Source: a virus (lineage: Duplodnaviria > Caudoviricetes). Taken from it: a stretch of 52,817 bases of DNA. Within the stretch, counting starts at the first letter, position 1, and each line of letters opens with the position of its first letter. Location: positions 1 through 52,817 of the IMG/VR virus record IMGVR_UViG_3300042375_000643; one strand, written 5' to 3'. This document shows positions 19,182 to 29,033 of this stretch, one piece after another. The notes below the pieces were generated by a model. The model saw nothing but the letters and a program-made list of their open reading frames with translations. It was not told where the DNA came from and searched no databases. The position numbers and the translations under genes were made by a program.

Positions 19182-21089
19182 ATGCCATCAGTAGATTTAA
19201 ATTTTGACTATAATAAAATTCAAGGTAAATTAAACGCGACTAAAACATATGCAAATGCTAAGTCGCAATATAATAATGCCGGTAAACAAGTTGGAGATTC
19301 TTTTGAAAAAACTAAAAAAGATGTTTCCCAATCATTAGATAAATTTAAAGACCAAACTAAAAGATATCAAAAACAAATTAAAAACCAATTTGAACAACTT
19401 TTAGATTTAGCTAATACCACCGGAGGAAGTGGTAGTGGCTCTCCAAAATACATTAAAAAACTCTTAATACGAACTGTCCATAACATTCAACCTAGATTAA
19501 GAACAATCGTTATGAATGATTGTTTAACCGCTTTAGGTTGTGACCAAGAACAGACTTATGGGGCCAATCAAGAAGTTTGGGTTAAAATAAATTCAATTGA
19601 TTTATTTAGTAGATTAAAAATTGACCCAAATGATGAGGTTGGTAAAATTATCTATGAAAAAGAACCGGTATCACCAGGTATACCATTTTCAATGAATCAT
19701 AAAATGTATGACCTAATCCAAGATGATAATCTAACATATACTCACGTAGGAAAATCAAATCAACAATTATTCACTATTCAATATAAAGAACTAGGTCAAT
19801 TTGGTGAAACAGGGCCTTGGTATAAAATTAACCTTGCAAATAGATTAAATGGTGTTAATAGAGTTGGTGAATTTATGATTGACTACTATGACACAATTAA
19901 AATGGCGGAAGACACCGATATTATGGGGTCTATTATGGAGTCACTATGTGGTGCCGTATCGATGAAAGTCGATGCCGGTACATCTCAAGTTCAGAACGCT
20001 AGTCAAGCAGAAATAATATTGGCAAGAATTTTAGGTCTTTGTTTTGATAGTGGTGCCAGCGATGGAGAGATTGATGTTAGTGGTGTTGCAAAAGTACCGG
20101 AATTAGATGGTATTGATGATTCATTTTTTGAATTTACTGACATCGATTTAAGAAATATTGATATTAGAGTTGGGAACATTAAAAATGGTGTAGTACAGTT
20201 TGAAGATTGTGATGATGTATTATTACCTGTGAACTATGAAGATATAATAACTGCGTTAGGACAATTAAATTTTGTTGAGGGTTCTGAATTTGAAGAAGCG
20301 GCAAATGGAATTTCAGATGTGTTAGCGAATAACCCTGATTGGAAAGGTATAGGAATAAATATAAATCCTCAAGTTGTAATTGACACCAACTTTATTAAAC
20401 TAATAACAAATGGTTTAATAAGTGCATTAATTACACCAAAACTGATATTACCAATCATCACAATGTTTAAAGCCTTAGGTAATAGTATTGCTGATAATAT
20501 TAAATCATTTACAGATTTTGTTAAAATATTTAAAACATTCTTCATTAATTTAGTTTCTAAAGTAGGGGCAATATTTGTTGAAGAATTATATAGATTAATA
20601 AAAAGCGATATTTTAAAATTATTACAATCAGTCATTACTGATATTGTTAAAGAAAAACAAATTAAGAAATATGCAATGATTTTAAAATTAATTTCCTTAT
20701 TATTAATATTAGCCGGATTATTAAATGATTTTAGGAAATGTAAAAGTTTAGTTGATGATATATTTAGGATATTAAATTTGATTAATCTTCCAGGTTTTGG
20801 TGGAAGTCCTGTCCCGTTACCAATAATGTTTGCTGCTCAATTCTGTGATGGTTATTCTGAAACAAGAGCCTTTATTGGGGCAATAGAGGAAATGCAAAAA
20901 ATTGGAATCCCTACCGGTGATATGCCAAGTGGAGCCCCTAATTTGGATATTTTGGGTAAATTTTCACAAATGAAAGCAATGGCTTTCGAGGAGTCAGAAA
21001 ATAATAAAGTTCAAATTGCTGTAGGTCCATTAACACTAACACCAGCAGGTTTTACGGTTCCGGCTAACGCTTTTGGTAAAAAGTTTTAA
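19182..21089 (+). CDS. Hypothetical protein, probably structural
   Basis: 635-aa ORF in an operon with the gp5-like gene; hydrophobic helices near the C-terminus. Confidence 0.75.
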   Translation: MPSVDLNFDYNKIQGKLNATKTYANAKSQYNNAGKQVGDSFEKTKKDVSQSLDKFKDQTKRYQKQIKNQFEQLLDLANTTGGSGSGSPKYIKKLLIRTVHNIQPRLRTIVMNDCLTALGCDQEQTYGANQEVWVKINSIDLFSRLKIDPNDEVGKIIYEKEPVSPGIPFSMNHKMYDLIQDDNLTYTHVGKSNQQLFTIQYKELGQFGETGPWYKINLANRLNGVNRVGEFMIDYYDTIKMAEDTDIMGSIMESLCGAVSMKVDAGTSQVQNASQAEIILARILGLCFDSGASDGEIDVSGVAKVPELDGIDDSFFEFTDIDLRNIDIRVGNIKNGVVQFEDCDDVLLPVNYEDIITALGQLNFVEGSEFEEAANGISDVLANNPDWKGIGININPQVVIDTNFIKLITNGLISALITPKLILPIITMFKALGNSIADNIKSFTDFVKIFKTFFINLVSKVGAIFVEELYRLIKSDILKLLQSVITDIVKEKQIKKYAMILKLISLLLILAGLLNDFRKCKSLVDDIFRILNLINLPGFGGSPVPLPIMFAAQFCDGYSETRAFIGAIEEMQKIGIPTGDMPSGAPNLDILGKFSQMKAMAFEESENNKVQIAVGPLTLTPAGFTVPANAFGKKF

Positions 21090-21091
21090 TT

Positions 21092-21316
21092 ATGAATAAA
21101 AAAGAAAAAAGTGAAAAAGTTTTAAAAATTATTGGTGATATTAAAAACTCATCTAATAAAGATTTAATGTTGGTTATGGATACGATTCAAGAAGATTTTG
21201 AATTTACTAAAAAAATTGTGATTGATTCAACACTTCATTTGGATAAATTAGAATTAACATATAACACCGTCCTAAAAGAATATCAAAAAAGAACTAAGAT
21301 AAATGACAATAGATAA
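21092..21316 (+). CDS. Hypothetical protein
   Basis: 74-aa coupled ORF. Confidence 0.65.
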   Translation: MNKKEKSEKVLKIIGDIKNSSNKDLMLVMDTIQEDFEFTKKIVIDSTLHLDKLELTYNTVLKEYQKRTKINDNR

Positions 21317-22871
21317 CGAAAATAAGTATCAAATATTATTTCCTGGCTTTGTATATGACAATCAGGACCCTATGATGTTAGGTAGACTTCGTATTATACC
21401 TGAAACAAAAAATTATCAAGACGTTATTGCCTCAGTTTCAAGTTGGAATGAAGAAACAGATAAATGGTCATCAAAAGACCCTTTAGTATTTCTTCCTTTA
21501 CTACCTTTCTTTTTTAACCAAATACCTAAAATTGATGAGTACGTTCATTTAGTTTATCAAAATAAAAAATACGAATACCAAAATCAATTTTATATACAAG
21601 GACCTTATTCATCTCCGATGACAACACCCTTTGAATATTATCAAGGTGCTAAGAAATTCTTAGCCGCTGGTGATAGAATTAAACAAGGATTAAGTATTAA
21701 GAATTTAGATGGGTCTTACGCCAATACCGAGAGTCAAGGAGTTTTTCCTGAACCGGGAGATAACGCGTTATTAGGTAGAGGAACTGCGGATGTTATTGTA
21801 AAAGAAGATGAAGTATTAATTAGAGCCGGAAAAACAAAAGAGTTATCGACAGATAAATTCCCAATTGGAGATAGTAATAGAGCCTTTTTACAATTAACTA
21901 GATTTACTCAAACAAAAAGAACTTTACCCGAAGAAAGTAAGTCAAGAATTGTTGAGAATGTAAAAGTAGTTAAAAAAATGGTTGTGTGGGATATTTCAAC
22001 ATTAAACAGTACTTCTAATTTTAATGGTTATGTCAAATTATATAACTTAAAACCTAGTACAAAAGTTAACACTAAAAATTTTAAATACCCTACAATATCA
22101 GAATTAAAAGTTGGTGATGATTATGGTGTACCACTTGAAACGGTGGAATTTACGGGAGAACCGTTTGAAAAATGTATTACTATTATTAATCAATTTATTT
22201 CACAAATTTTTACACCAAATATTTTATTTACTGCGTCAACTATTAACCCATTAAATATTTTACCCGGAGATGCGTTTCCTTTAGTTGTCACACCATCTCA
22301 ACAAACTTATGAAATTGGTAAAAAGTTTTTACCTGATAGTCTTACTAATGATGTTCTTGAATATGTTAATTATAGAAGATTTTATCACGCAATTAATTTA
22401 AACAATTCAAAAGAGAATGGGTGGTTTTTGGTTTGGGATAACAAAGGTGGTAAACCTATTTTTGGACCTCAAGGAGATTTAAAACAAGAATTTATTAGAC
22501 CTACTGAATTTCAAGACGAAGACATTACTTATGGGGCGTTAGGTGCTCAACAATTATATCTACTATCTCAAAATTCTAAAAGTCCAAAAGGGAAAATTGA
22601 TTTGTCAAATACATTATATGGAATCCCACAAGATAGTTTTATTGGTGCCGGGAATACATTATATGACAGAACTTACTCATCTGTTAGAGGTGAAGAGTTA
22701 GTTATATTACTTGAAAAAATGGCGGATTTTTTACTTAATCACGTACACGCTCACTCTAACAAATCACCCGATGAAAACACTCAAGGGTCTAAAACCAGTA
22801 AGAAAGACATCACAGAATCTTTAGCTAATGTAAATAATACTATTTTAAATCAAAACATTCGTATAAACTAA
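21303..22871 (+). CDS. Baseplate hub/spike protein, gp5/VgrG-like
   Basis: GFVYDNQDPMMLGRLRI and IPKIDEYV (OB-fold), PGDNALLGRG, C-terminal RGEEL...NHVHAH spike-tip motif. Confidence 0.7.
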   Translation: MTIDNENKYQILFPGFVYDNQDPMMLGRLRIIPETKNYQDVIASVSSWNEETDKWSSKDPLVFLPLLPFFFNQIPKIDEYVHLVYQNKKYEYQNQFYIQGPYSSPMTTPFEYYQGAKKFLAAGDRIKQGLSIKNLDGSYANTESQGVFPEPGDNALLGRGTADVIVKEDEVLIRAGKTKELSTDKFPIGDSNRAFLQLTRFTQTKRTLPEESKSRIVENVKVVKKMVVWDISTLNSTSNFNGYVKLYNLKPSTKVNTKNFKYPTISELKVGDDYGVPLETVEFTGEPFEKCITIINQFISQIFTPNILFTASTINPLNILPGDAFPLVVTPSQQTYEIGKKFLPDSLTNDVLEYVNYRRFYHAINLNNSKENGWFLVWDNKGGKPIFGPQGDLKQEFIRPTEFQDEDITYGALGAQQLYLLSQNSKSPKGKIDLSNTLYGIPQDSFIGAGNTLYDRTYSSVRGEELVILLEKMADFLLNHVHAHSNKSPDENTQGSKTSKKDITESLANVNNTILNQNIRIN

Positions 22872-22872
22872 A

Positions 22873-22879
22873 TATTTAT
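22873..22879 (+). promoter_or_regulatory. TATTTAT putative late promoter
   Basis: Upstream of ATG 22894. Confidence 0.55.
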
Positions 22880-22893
22880 TGTTAAAAGATTTT

Positions 22894-24366
22894 ATGTCAA
22901 TTAACAATTCCTATTTTAGTAAAAACAACACAATCATATCAAATAGCTTAACTAACACGGGTAGAAACCCTGTTACTGAGTTATTTTATGGTTCAGGTGT
23001 ATCAGTACAATACCCAAATGGGTTTAGTAGATTCATCTTTGATTTGGATTTAACTCTTTTAAGAGAAAAAATATCTGACGGTACAATATCGACAGAATGT
23101 AGTGATAATATTACCCATACATTAAGAATGGTTAATACCTCAACATTTAATCCGGAAACATTAAACACTACCACATCTCAAGGTAGAATTAGAGCAACCT
23201 CATTTGATTTAGTCTTATTTAGAATTCCTCCGGTAGACCAAACAACTGACCCACAATATTGGGATGAAGGTGTTGGTTATGACTTTGCCGACCTAATTTA
23301 CGATTATAGTAATATAGATAGAAACTTCTCAACAAGACCTTCCAATTGGAGTGGAACAACCACGATAACAAAATGGTCTGAACCGGGAATTTATAACAAC
23401 AAAAATACCGGAACATTTAATTTTAATCAGTTAACAATTGTTGATACTCAACATTTCCAATTCGGAAATGAAAACATATCGTTTGATATGACTCAAGAAA
23501 TAACTAATTTATTAAATGACGATATTGAGGGATTCTCAGGATGGGGAATTGCTTATGTCCCTCAAGTTGAGAACTTAACAGGATTAACCGATAACTATGA
23601 AGTCCAATTCTTTACTAGACACACTCAAACTTTTTACGAACCATTTTTAGAAACTAACTATGATGACATTATTGAAGATGATAGAAATTCATTCTCTTTA
23701 GGTAAAGTTAATAAATTGTATCTATATCTATATGAAGATGGTAGTCCAATTAATTTAGACTCAAACCCAAGAGTAACTATTTCAGACGCAAACGGAACAA
23801 GTATATTAGGTCTAACCAATTTACCAAGTTGTAGAAAAACTAAAGGTGTGTACGAAGTAACACTTCCACCACTTATTGGTTATAAAACACCTTGTACTTT
23901 CTACGACACTTGGACAAGTATTAGTCTAAATGGATTTAGTTTACCAAACGTTGTTAACGAATTTGTAATTTACCCATTAAAAAAATCAATCCAAATTGGT
24001 ACAACAACTCAAGACCCAAAAATTTATGGGTTTGATTATTTTGGTATTAAACAAGATGAAAAAATATATAACACCGACATTAGAAAAGTGGGGGTTATAA
24101 TCAAACAAGCTTATACAACAAATAAATTACTTCCAAACGTAGATGCTTATTATAGAATTTATGTTAGAGAAGGACAAACAGAAGTTCAAGTTCAAGATTG
24201 GACAAAAATAAACAGAACACCAAATGAATACTATTTTATGTTCGACACTAGAGATAAAATACCTAACGAATATTATGTTGATATGAAGGTTATTAGTAGT
24301 GGGGAGATAAACACTTACAAAAAACAAATCAAATTTCAGATTGTTAATGTAAAGTATTCAGAATAA
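22894..24366 (+). CDS. Hypothetical beta-rich virion protein
   Basis: Long ORF with WDEGVGYD. ATG 22894 preferred over TTG 22879. Confidence 0.75.
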   Translation: MSINNSYFSKNNTIISNSLTNTGRNPVTELFYGSGVSVQYPNGFSRFIFDLDLTLLREKISDGTISTECSDNITHTLRMVNTSTFNPETLNTTTSQGRIRATSFDLVLFRIPPVDQTTDPQYWDEGVGYDFADLIYDYSNIDRNFSTRPSNWSGTTTITKWSEPGIYNNKNTGTFNFNQLTIVDTQHFQFGNENISFDMTQEITNLLNDDIEGFSGWGIAYVPQVENLTGLTDNYEVQFFTRHTQTFYEPFLETNYDDIIEDDRNSFSLGKVNKLYLYLYEDGSPINLDSNPRVTISDANGTSILGLTNLPSCRKTKGVYEVTLPPLIGYKTPCTFYDTWTSISLNGFSLPNVVNEFVIYPLKKSIQIGTTTQDPKIYGFDYFGIKQDEKIYNTDIRKVGVIIKQAYTTNKLLPNVDAYYRIYVREGQTEVQVQDWTKINRTPNEYYFMFDTRDKIPNEYYVDMKVISSGEINTYKKQIKFQIVNVKYSE

Positions 24367-24371
24367 ATAGA

Positions 24372-24378
24372 TATTTAT
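24372..24378 (+). promoter_or_regulatory. TATTTAT putative late promoter
   Basis: Upstream of ATG 24412. Confidence 0.55.
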
Positions 24379-24411
24379 AAATAAAAACTAAAAAAAAATA
24401 ATACAAAAGAT

Positions 24412-25017
24412 ATGGCAAATTATATTATAAATGAATGTTTAACCAATGATGAATACATTGTTTCTGGAACACCTACGTTTTCACCGGGACAAACAATAAG
24501 ATTTGTTTTTAACGAGCAATCATATTGTGGTACTGTTGGGGAAGTAACATCTAGCCCTCCATCGGCAGATTTTGGTACACTATATGACGATTGTTGTACG
24601 TGTTTAAGTGGTATTACTGACTCTTTAAATTTTAAATTTATACGATGTGGTACATCAGAAGAGATTAGTATAGACTCACTTAACTTTTGTGACGAATATG
24701 GTGGTGTTCCTACAACAGGTATTACTTATGAAATACAATATGGTCGTGAAACACCATTTTGTGGTACTTTTTCAGAATTAAGTCCAACGGGTGAAACAAA
24801 TTATCATTTCAGTTCAGGACCCTATCTACTTTGTGAAGATTGTGTATCACCACCACCTATATCCGCAGGAACAGAAACAATTATGTGTGTAATTGATTGT
24901 AGTGGTAACACTATAACAGTTGTTCCACCCCACCCAACGTATTTAAATGAATACGGAAAGGCTGTAGTTCAACTTAATTATGTTCAACTTGGAGGAATGA
25001 ACGGATTAAATTCGTAA
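24412..25017 (+). CDS. Cys-rich protein, probably virion-associated
   Basis: Two related Cys modules (YCGT..DDCCTC / FCGT..LCEDC). Confidence 0.7.
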   Translation: MANYIINECLTNDEYIVSGTPTFSPGQTIRFVFNEQSYCGTVGEVTSSPPSADFGTLYDDCCTCLSGITDSLNFKFIRCGTSEEISIDSLNFCDEYGGVPTTGITYEIQYGRETPFCGTFSELSPTGETNYHFSSGPYLLCEDCVSPPPISAGTETIMCVIDCSGNTITVVPPHPTYLNEYGKAVVQLNYVQLGGMNGLNS

Positions 25018-25057
25018 AAAAAAAAAGAGAGGAATTAAAGTTTCTCTCTTTTTTTTT
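25018..25057 (+). terminator. Rho-independent terminator (bidirectional form)
   Basis: A-run GAGAGGAA-loop-TTTCTCTC T-run. Confidence 0.7.
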
Positions 25058-25089
25058 ATCATATTATTTTTTATTGCCAAAAATATCCT

Positions 25090-25097
25090 TACATTTG
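25090..25097 (+). promoter_or_regulatory. Bacteroidota -7 promoter element
   Basis: TACATTTG = TAnnTTTG upstream of ATG 25123. Confidence 0.55.
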
Positions 25098-25122
25098 TAC
25101 CATATAATTAATCAAGTACATA

Positions 25123-25566
25123 ATGAGAAAAATATTTAAGTTTTTTAAAAGATTGGCAATAAGACGTATTGCAAAAGCAAGAAATCAATTTGATTATGAA
25201 GACCCGGGACTATTAGGTGATGTACATATGTGCAAATCAATATGTCGTAAACTTATTACAAGTGAAGGTTCAAAATTTTTAATCGCCCCCCTTTCATCTC
25301 AGAGATATATTAAACACTCCGAGTTAGGAATCTTCGTTATACTTGACGATAAAAAAATTAGTATAATCAATCACGAATACTACTACAGTAATATCTTATT
25401 GTCTAATAGAGATTGGGATAAATTAACTAAGATGTACGATACCAAAGTGGAACGTATTAGACAAGAACTTAAAAATGAAATGAAGTCTCAAATCAAATAT
25501 TCTTTAAAAGGTATTTTAGATAGAGTGGATAACTCCAAAAAAATAAAAACCCCCACTGTAGAGTAG
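25123..25566 (+). CDS. Hypothetical basic protein
   Basis: 147 aa, with its own promoter and terminator. Confidence 0.7.
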   Translation: MRKIFKFFKRLAIRRIAKARNQFDYEDPGLLGDVHMCKSICRKLITSEGSKFLIAPLSSQRYIKHSELGIFVILDDKKISIINHEYYYSNILLSNRDWDKLTKMYDTKVERIRQELKNEMKSQIKYSLKGILDRVDNSKKIKTPTVE

Positions 25567-25572
25567 GGGTTT
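25547..25572. terminator. Bidirectional terminator between convergent genes
   Basis: AAACCCC...GGGGTTT hairpin. Confidence 0.55.
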
Positions 25573-25577
25573 GTTTT

Positions 25578-26807
25578 TTAAAACATATCTTCAAGACTGT
25601 TTAAGTGTTTTTTAACAACATCTAAGTCACTAATATCTGTATATGTCATTCCTTTACTTTTTAACATCTGAACCTCTCTATGTAGGTGTAACATCATCTG
25701 TCTAACCATATTTGACATTGTTGGGTAATGTTCAATCATCTTATCCAAATAATACACATCATTTGGTAATTTTAATACATCCCCAATTTTCTTAACCCAA
25801 TCCTTACCATAATTGTCAGCATCCATTTCCATCTCCCAATAGATTTTAAAGAACTCTTCAAAATCCTCAATATCCCCCATATAAGAATCTTTCATATCAA
25901 AATCCTTCATTTGTTGTTCGTGTTTCAATTCGTGAAATAATATATAAACAAACGATGCAAAATTAGGTAAAGACTCAGGTGAACATAGTATAATCATATT
26001 ACTTGTCCTCACACCTTTAAATCCGGTATTACAAGAGTTTAATACTTTTATGACATATCCTCTATCCTGAATAAAATCTTTAATCTTTTCAGATATTAAG
26101 TTATACTCTTTCATTTTATCCTCAGGAATATCTTTTCTAAAATTATCAATAACTCTGTCGTAATTTGAACTTGTTTTTAGACCATTTGGGACAATATCTC
26201 CCAAAACGGTACCTTCGGTTACCTCAACCCATTCATTAACCGTATGAACGTCGTGTGTATCTATTTCATATGTGTTATCAGAACCTTTCTCCCACACACC
26301 AACAATTCTATTTATATTATTTTTTAAATCCTTCTTTTTATGGTGTTTATTTAATATATGGTTTGAGTCATCGGTAAAAGGACCTAATTCAGATTTTTTC
26401 CATTTCTTTAAACCTATTTCAATTGGGCCATTGTATTCTCCTGCTGTAATTATAGTAGAAGCCTCTTTTATTGGTACAACCTTTAACCCCTTTTTACCCG
26501 GTGTTTGATTAATGTTATTTCCATCTTCATCACTAGAAGTTGAATTTGGGTGTTTTTTTATATAGTTGGTAACCTTCTTAGCCTTACCCTCAATTTTCTT
26601 AATCTCTTTATTTGTTTCATCCATTGAACCATCATAACTATCAAATTCTAATTCAGGACTATCATACTTAGATACCGGAATTGTAAACGGTCCCATTTGA
26701 GACTTTTTAAAAACTCTAATACCTAATTGCATTGGTGCAATATAAGAACCTCTCGCTCCACTATCACCTGTAGACTCTTTAATCTGTATTTTGTTATTTT
26801 TGTTCAT
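25578..26807 (-). CDS. Protein with duplicated N-terminal unit and C-terminal HEXXH (zincin-like) domain
   Basis: KKSQMGPFT/KKSELGPFT repeat; ILFHELKHEQQ...EMDAD. ATG 26807 chosen (TATTTAT upstream). Confidence 0.7.
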   Translation of the reverse strand: MNKNNKIQIKESTGDSGARGSYIAPMQLGIRVFKKSQMGPFTIPVSKYDSPELEFDSYDGSMDETNKEIKKIEGKAKKVTNYIKKHPNSTSSDEDGNNINQTPGKKGLKVVPIKEASTIITAGEYNGPIEIGLKKWKKSELGPFTDDSNHILNKHHKKKDLKNNINRIVGVWEKGSDNTYEIDTHDVHTVNEWVEVTEGTVLGDIVPNGLKTSSNYDRVIDNFRKDIPEDKMKEYNLISEKIKDFIQDRGYVIKVLNSCNTGFKGVRTSNMIILCSPESLPNFASFVYILFHELKHEQQMKDFDMKDSYMGDIEDFEEFFKIYWEMEMDADNYGKDWVKKIGDVLKLPNDVYYLDKMIEHYPTMSNMVRQMMLHLHREVQMLKSKGMTYTDISDLDVVKKHLNSLEDMF

Positions 26808-26813
26808 ATACTT

Positions 26814-26820
26814 ATAAATA
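26814..26820 (-). promoter_or_regulatory. TATTTAT putative late promoter
   Basis: Upstream of ATG 26807. Confidence 0.55.
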
Positions 26821-26835
26821 TACAAAATTTTAATT

Positions 26836-27063
26836 ATGGAACAACAACCTGAACTATTTGGAAAGTTATTTAATACCATTCCACTCTATAATGAATCACA
26901 CTTAGATACGTTATTAGATACAATGACTAAAGACACCTCAATCTATTATCTAATACAAGCAATTAAGTTTGCATACGAATCAGGAGTCTATTCTATGGGA
27001 GAATGTGAAGTGATATCCAAAGCAATTAGAATATCATCTAAAAAAGAAAAAGAGACCGAATAA
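26836..27063 (+). CDS. Hypothetical protein
   Basis: 75 aa, fills the gap and ends in a terminator. Confidence 0.65.
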   Translation: MEQQPELFGKLFNTIPLYNESHLDTLLDTMTKDTSIYYLIQAIKFAYESGVYSMGECEVISKAIRISSKKEKETE

Positions 27064-27076
27064 GGTCTCTTTTTTT
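27047..27076. terminator. Bidirectional terminator
   Basis: AAAAAGAGACC-GAATAA-GGTCTCTTTTT. Confidence 0.75.
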
Positions 27077-27083
27077 ATTATTA

Positions 27084-27719
27084 TTATAATTTTGGAGTTG
27101 CTGTTGTAAGCCCTTTTGCTAATTCTTGAGGTGTCTGTAGTTTAAAGTTAACCCCACTCTGAGGATTAAGATTAAGATTAGGATTAGGGTTAAAATTAAA
27201 TTGTGTTGCCGGAGCTGCCCCTGCTACCGGTGCCGCCCCTGCTGCCGGAGCTCCTGTTGTTGGTGCCGCCGCTGCCGGAGCTGCCCCTGCTGCCGGTGCA
27301 CCTGCCACCACTGTCGTAGTTCCTGTTGTTGGTGCCGCTACCGCTGCGGGTAATGTTTTTATTGCAGATTCCAAAGCCGCTTGAGTATTTTTACCCCAAA
27401 CACCATCAACACCATCTTTGTTTGGTCCAGTATTCCCTAACGTAGCTTTAAATTTAGTTATTAAAATTGTTTGGATTTGTTTAATTAAATCAGGTACACT
27501 AAGATTTGTTGCCGGTGCCGCGGCTGTTGTAGGAGCCGCAGTTGTTCCTGTTGTAGGAGCCGCAACTACAGGAGCCGCAGTTGAGGGAGCCGTTGCCGGT
27601 GTTGCCGGTACCGGAGTTCCTGTCGCAGGTGCTTGTTGTTCTGAAATAACAACACCTCTTTTATACCCCAAAAGGTATTTCATCGCATTTAATTCTTCTG
27701 ATAAAATTTCTTTTTTCAT
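27084..27719 (-). CDS. Ala/Pro/Thr-rich protein with peptidoglycan-binding (PG_binding_1-like) domain
   Basis: IKQIQTIL...GVDGVWGKNTQAAL. Confidence 0.7.
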   Translation of the reverse strand: MKKEILSEELNAMKYLLGYKRGVVISEQQAPATGTPVPATPATAPSTAAPVVAAPTTGTTAAPTTAAAPATNLSVPDLIKQIQTILITKFKATLGNTGPNKDGVDGVWGKNTQAALESAIKTLPAAVAAPTTGTTTVVAGAPAAGAAPAAAAPTTGAPAAGAAPVAGAAPATQFNFNPNPNLNLNPQSGVNFKLQTPQELAKGLTTATPKL

Positions 27720-28717
27720 TATACTGGTCTGTTTACTATATTTTTTATCGTTTGTTGTAATTGTTCAGGTGTTTGTCCTAAAACCGATTGTGCCGTTACT
27801 TCTGACCCCGGTGTTCCTGTTACCGGAGCTGCCGCCGCCGGAGCCGCCGCTTGTACACCACTATTTAATTTTGTTAACATTGCTTGTAATGACGCAACAT
27901 CTAACTGTCCTGTAGGATTTTGTATCCCTAAAGATTTTTGAACTTCAATTATTTTTGGTGTAAGATTTTGTTTCACAGTTTTACTACCATCTTTAACGGT
28001 ATCAGAGGATACCTTACCCTTCTTATTTGAAGCCCAACCTGTGGCCTTTGTCCAACTATCATCAGGTAATGTAAGTTTTAAAATACCTTGTTTACAAGAC
28101 CAATTACCTACCACAAGTTTTCCGCTCTTTTCATATCTATATCTAAATTCAAAATCTTTACTAAAAAAAAGTGTACTTTCATTACCCTTAATATAGACAA
28201 AACCAGGTGTTTTTGCCGGTAGAGGGTCAGTCCCATTAAATTGTTTAACACACGCAGCAATCGACGAAGTTGTAACTCCAATCGCCCCACATAAATCATC
28301 AAAATTCTTGGTAGTTTCTGTAGCAAAATTTTCACCAAAAAATGTTGCATTTCTTCCTTCGATTGAGAATTTTTTAGTCTTACAAGTATATCTAATATTA
28401 CCCTTACCTTTTTCTTCCTCACCACCTGTATAATCACCAACTAATGAGTAATTAACATTACTAGCGATTAAACCAAGAGCGTTTTCTCTCTTAAAAACAA
28501 CACCTTTTTCTAAACGTAATTCACTTCCACTACCATCCCTTTCCATTTCAAGGTAACTGTTAAGAGTTAATGTTAAGTTTTTTAAATCAACAGTGTTATA
28601 ATAACCCTCTGAAATTAAACTATTTGATTCTTTTAAATATTGGTTTTTGGTTGCCCCCTCGTGAAGATTCAATATTCTATTTTTTTCTTCTTCGTCTAAG
28701 AAATATAATTTTTTCAT
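27719..28717 (-). CDS. Leader-bearing hypothetical protein, possible degenerate PG-binding domain
   Basis: N-terminal EEEKNRILNLHEGATK; IIEVQKSLGI..TGQLD. Confidence 0.7.
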   Translation of the reverse strand: MKKLYFLDEEEKNRILNLHEGATKNQYLKESNSLISEGYYNTVDLKNLTLTLNSYLEMERDGSGSELRLEKGVVFKRENALGLIASNVNYSLVGDYTGGEEEKGKGNIRYTCKTKKFSIEGRNATFFGENFATETTKNFDDLCGAIGVTTSSIAACVKQFNGTDPLPAKTPGFVYIKGNESTLFFSKDFEFRYRYEKSGKLVVGNWSCKQGILKLTLPDDSWTKATGWASNKKGKVSSDTVKDGSKTVKQNLTPKIIEVQKSLGIQNPTGQLDVASLQAMLTKLNSGVQAAAPAAAAPVTGTPGSEVTAQSVLGQTPEQLQQTIKNIVNRPV

Positions 28718-28731
28718 ATAATATTTTATTT

Positions 28732-28738
28732 ATAAATA
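28732..28738 (-). promoter_or_regulatory. TATTTAT putative late promoter
   Basis: Upstream of ATG 28717. Confidence 0.55.
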
Positions 28739-28762
28739 TTAGGCAAAACAAAATAATCTAAT

Positions 28763-28770
28763 TACATTTG
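28763..28770 (+). promoter_or_regulatory. Bacteroidota -7 promoter element
   Basis: TACATTTG upstream of ATG 28791. Confidence 0.55.
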
Positions 28771-28790
28771 TAAAATAAAACACAAACACT

Positions 28791-29033
28791 ATGAAAAAGT
28801 TATTCTTATTATCGTTATTACTTGTTGGAACATTAACCTTTGGTCAAACTAAACCAAAACAAAAAGACATTGACAAAGAGGCCAACGTCTTATTAGATTC
28901 ATTATCCAAAGTTTATAAAGTAAAAGTCCAATCAATTATGGAAGAAACTTATAATGGCGTTACAACAACATACATTTCTTACGTTAAGGACAAAAAATTA
29001 GTTTATAAAATTATCGCAGTTAAAAAAGATTAA
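28791..29033 (+). CDS. Small exported protein with Sec signal peptide
   Basis: MKKLFLLSLLLVGTLTFG|Q. Confidence 0.75.
   Translation: MKKLFLLSLLLVGTLTFGQTKPKQKDIDKEANVLLDSLSKVYKVKVQSIMEETYNGVTTTYISYVKDKKLVYKIIAVKKD

Noticed and set aside
25578-26879. Longer alternative starts in the ORF track (26879, also 10677, 11464, 17198, 22879, 30928, 43996)
   Set aside because: They overlap neighbouring genes or promoter motifs; downstream ATGs fit operon coupling better
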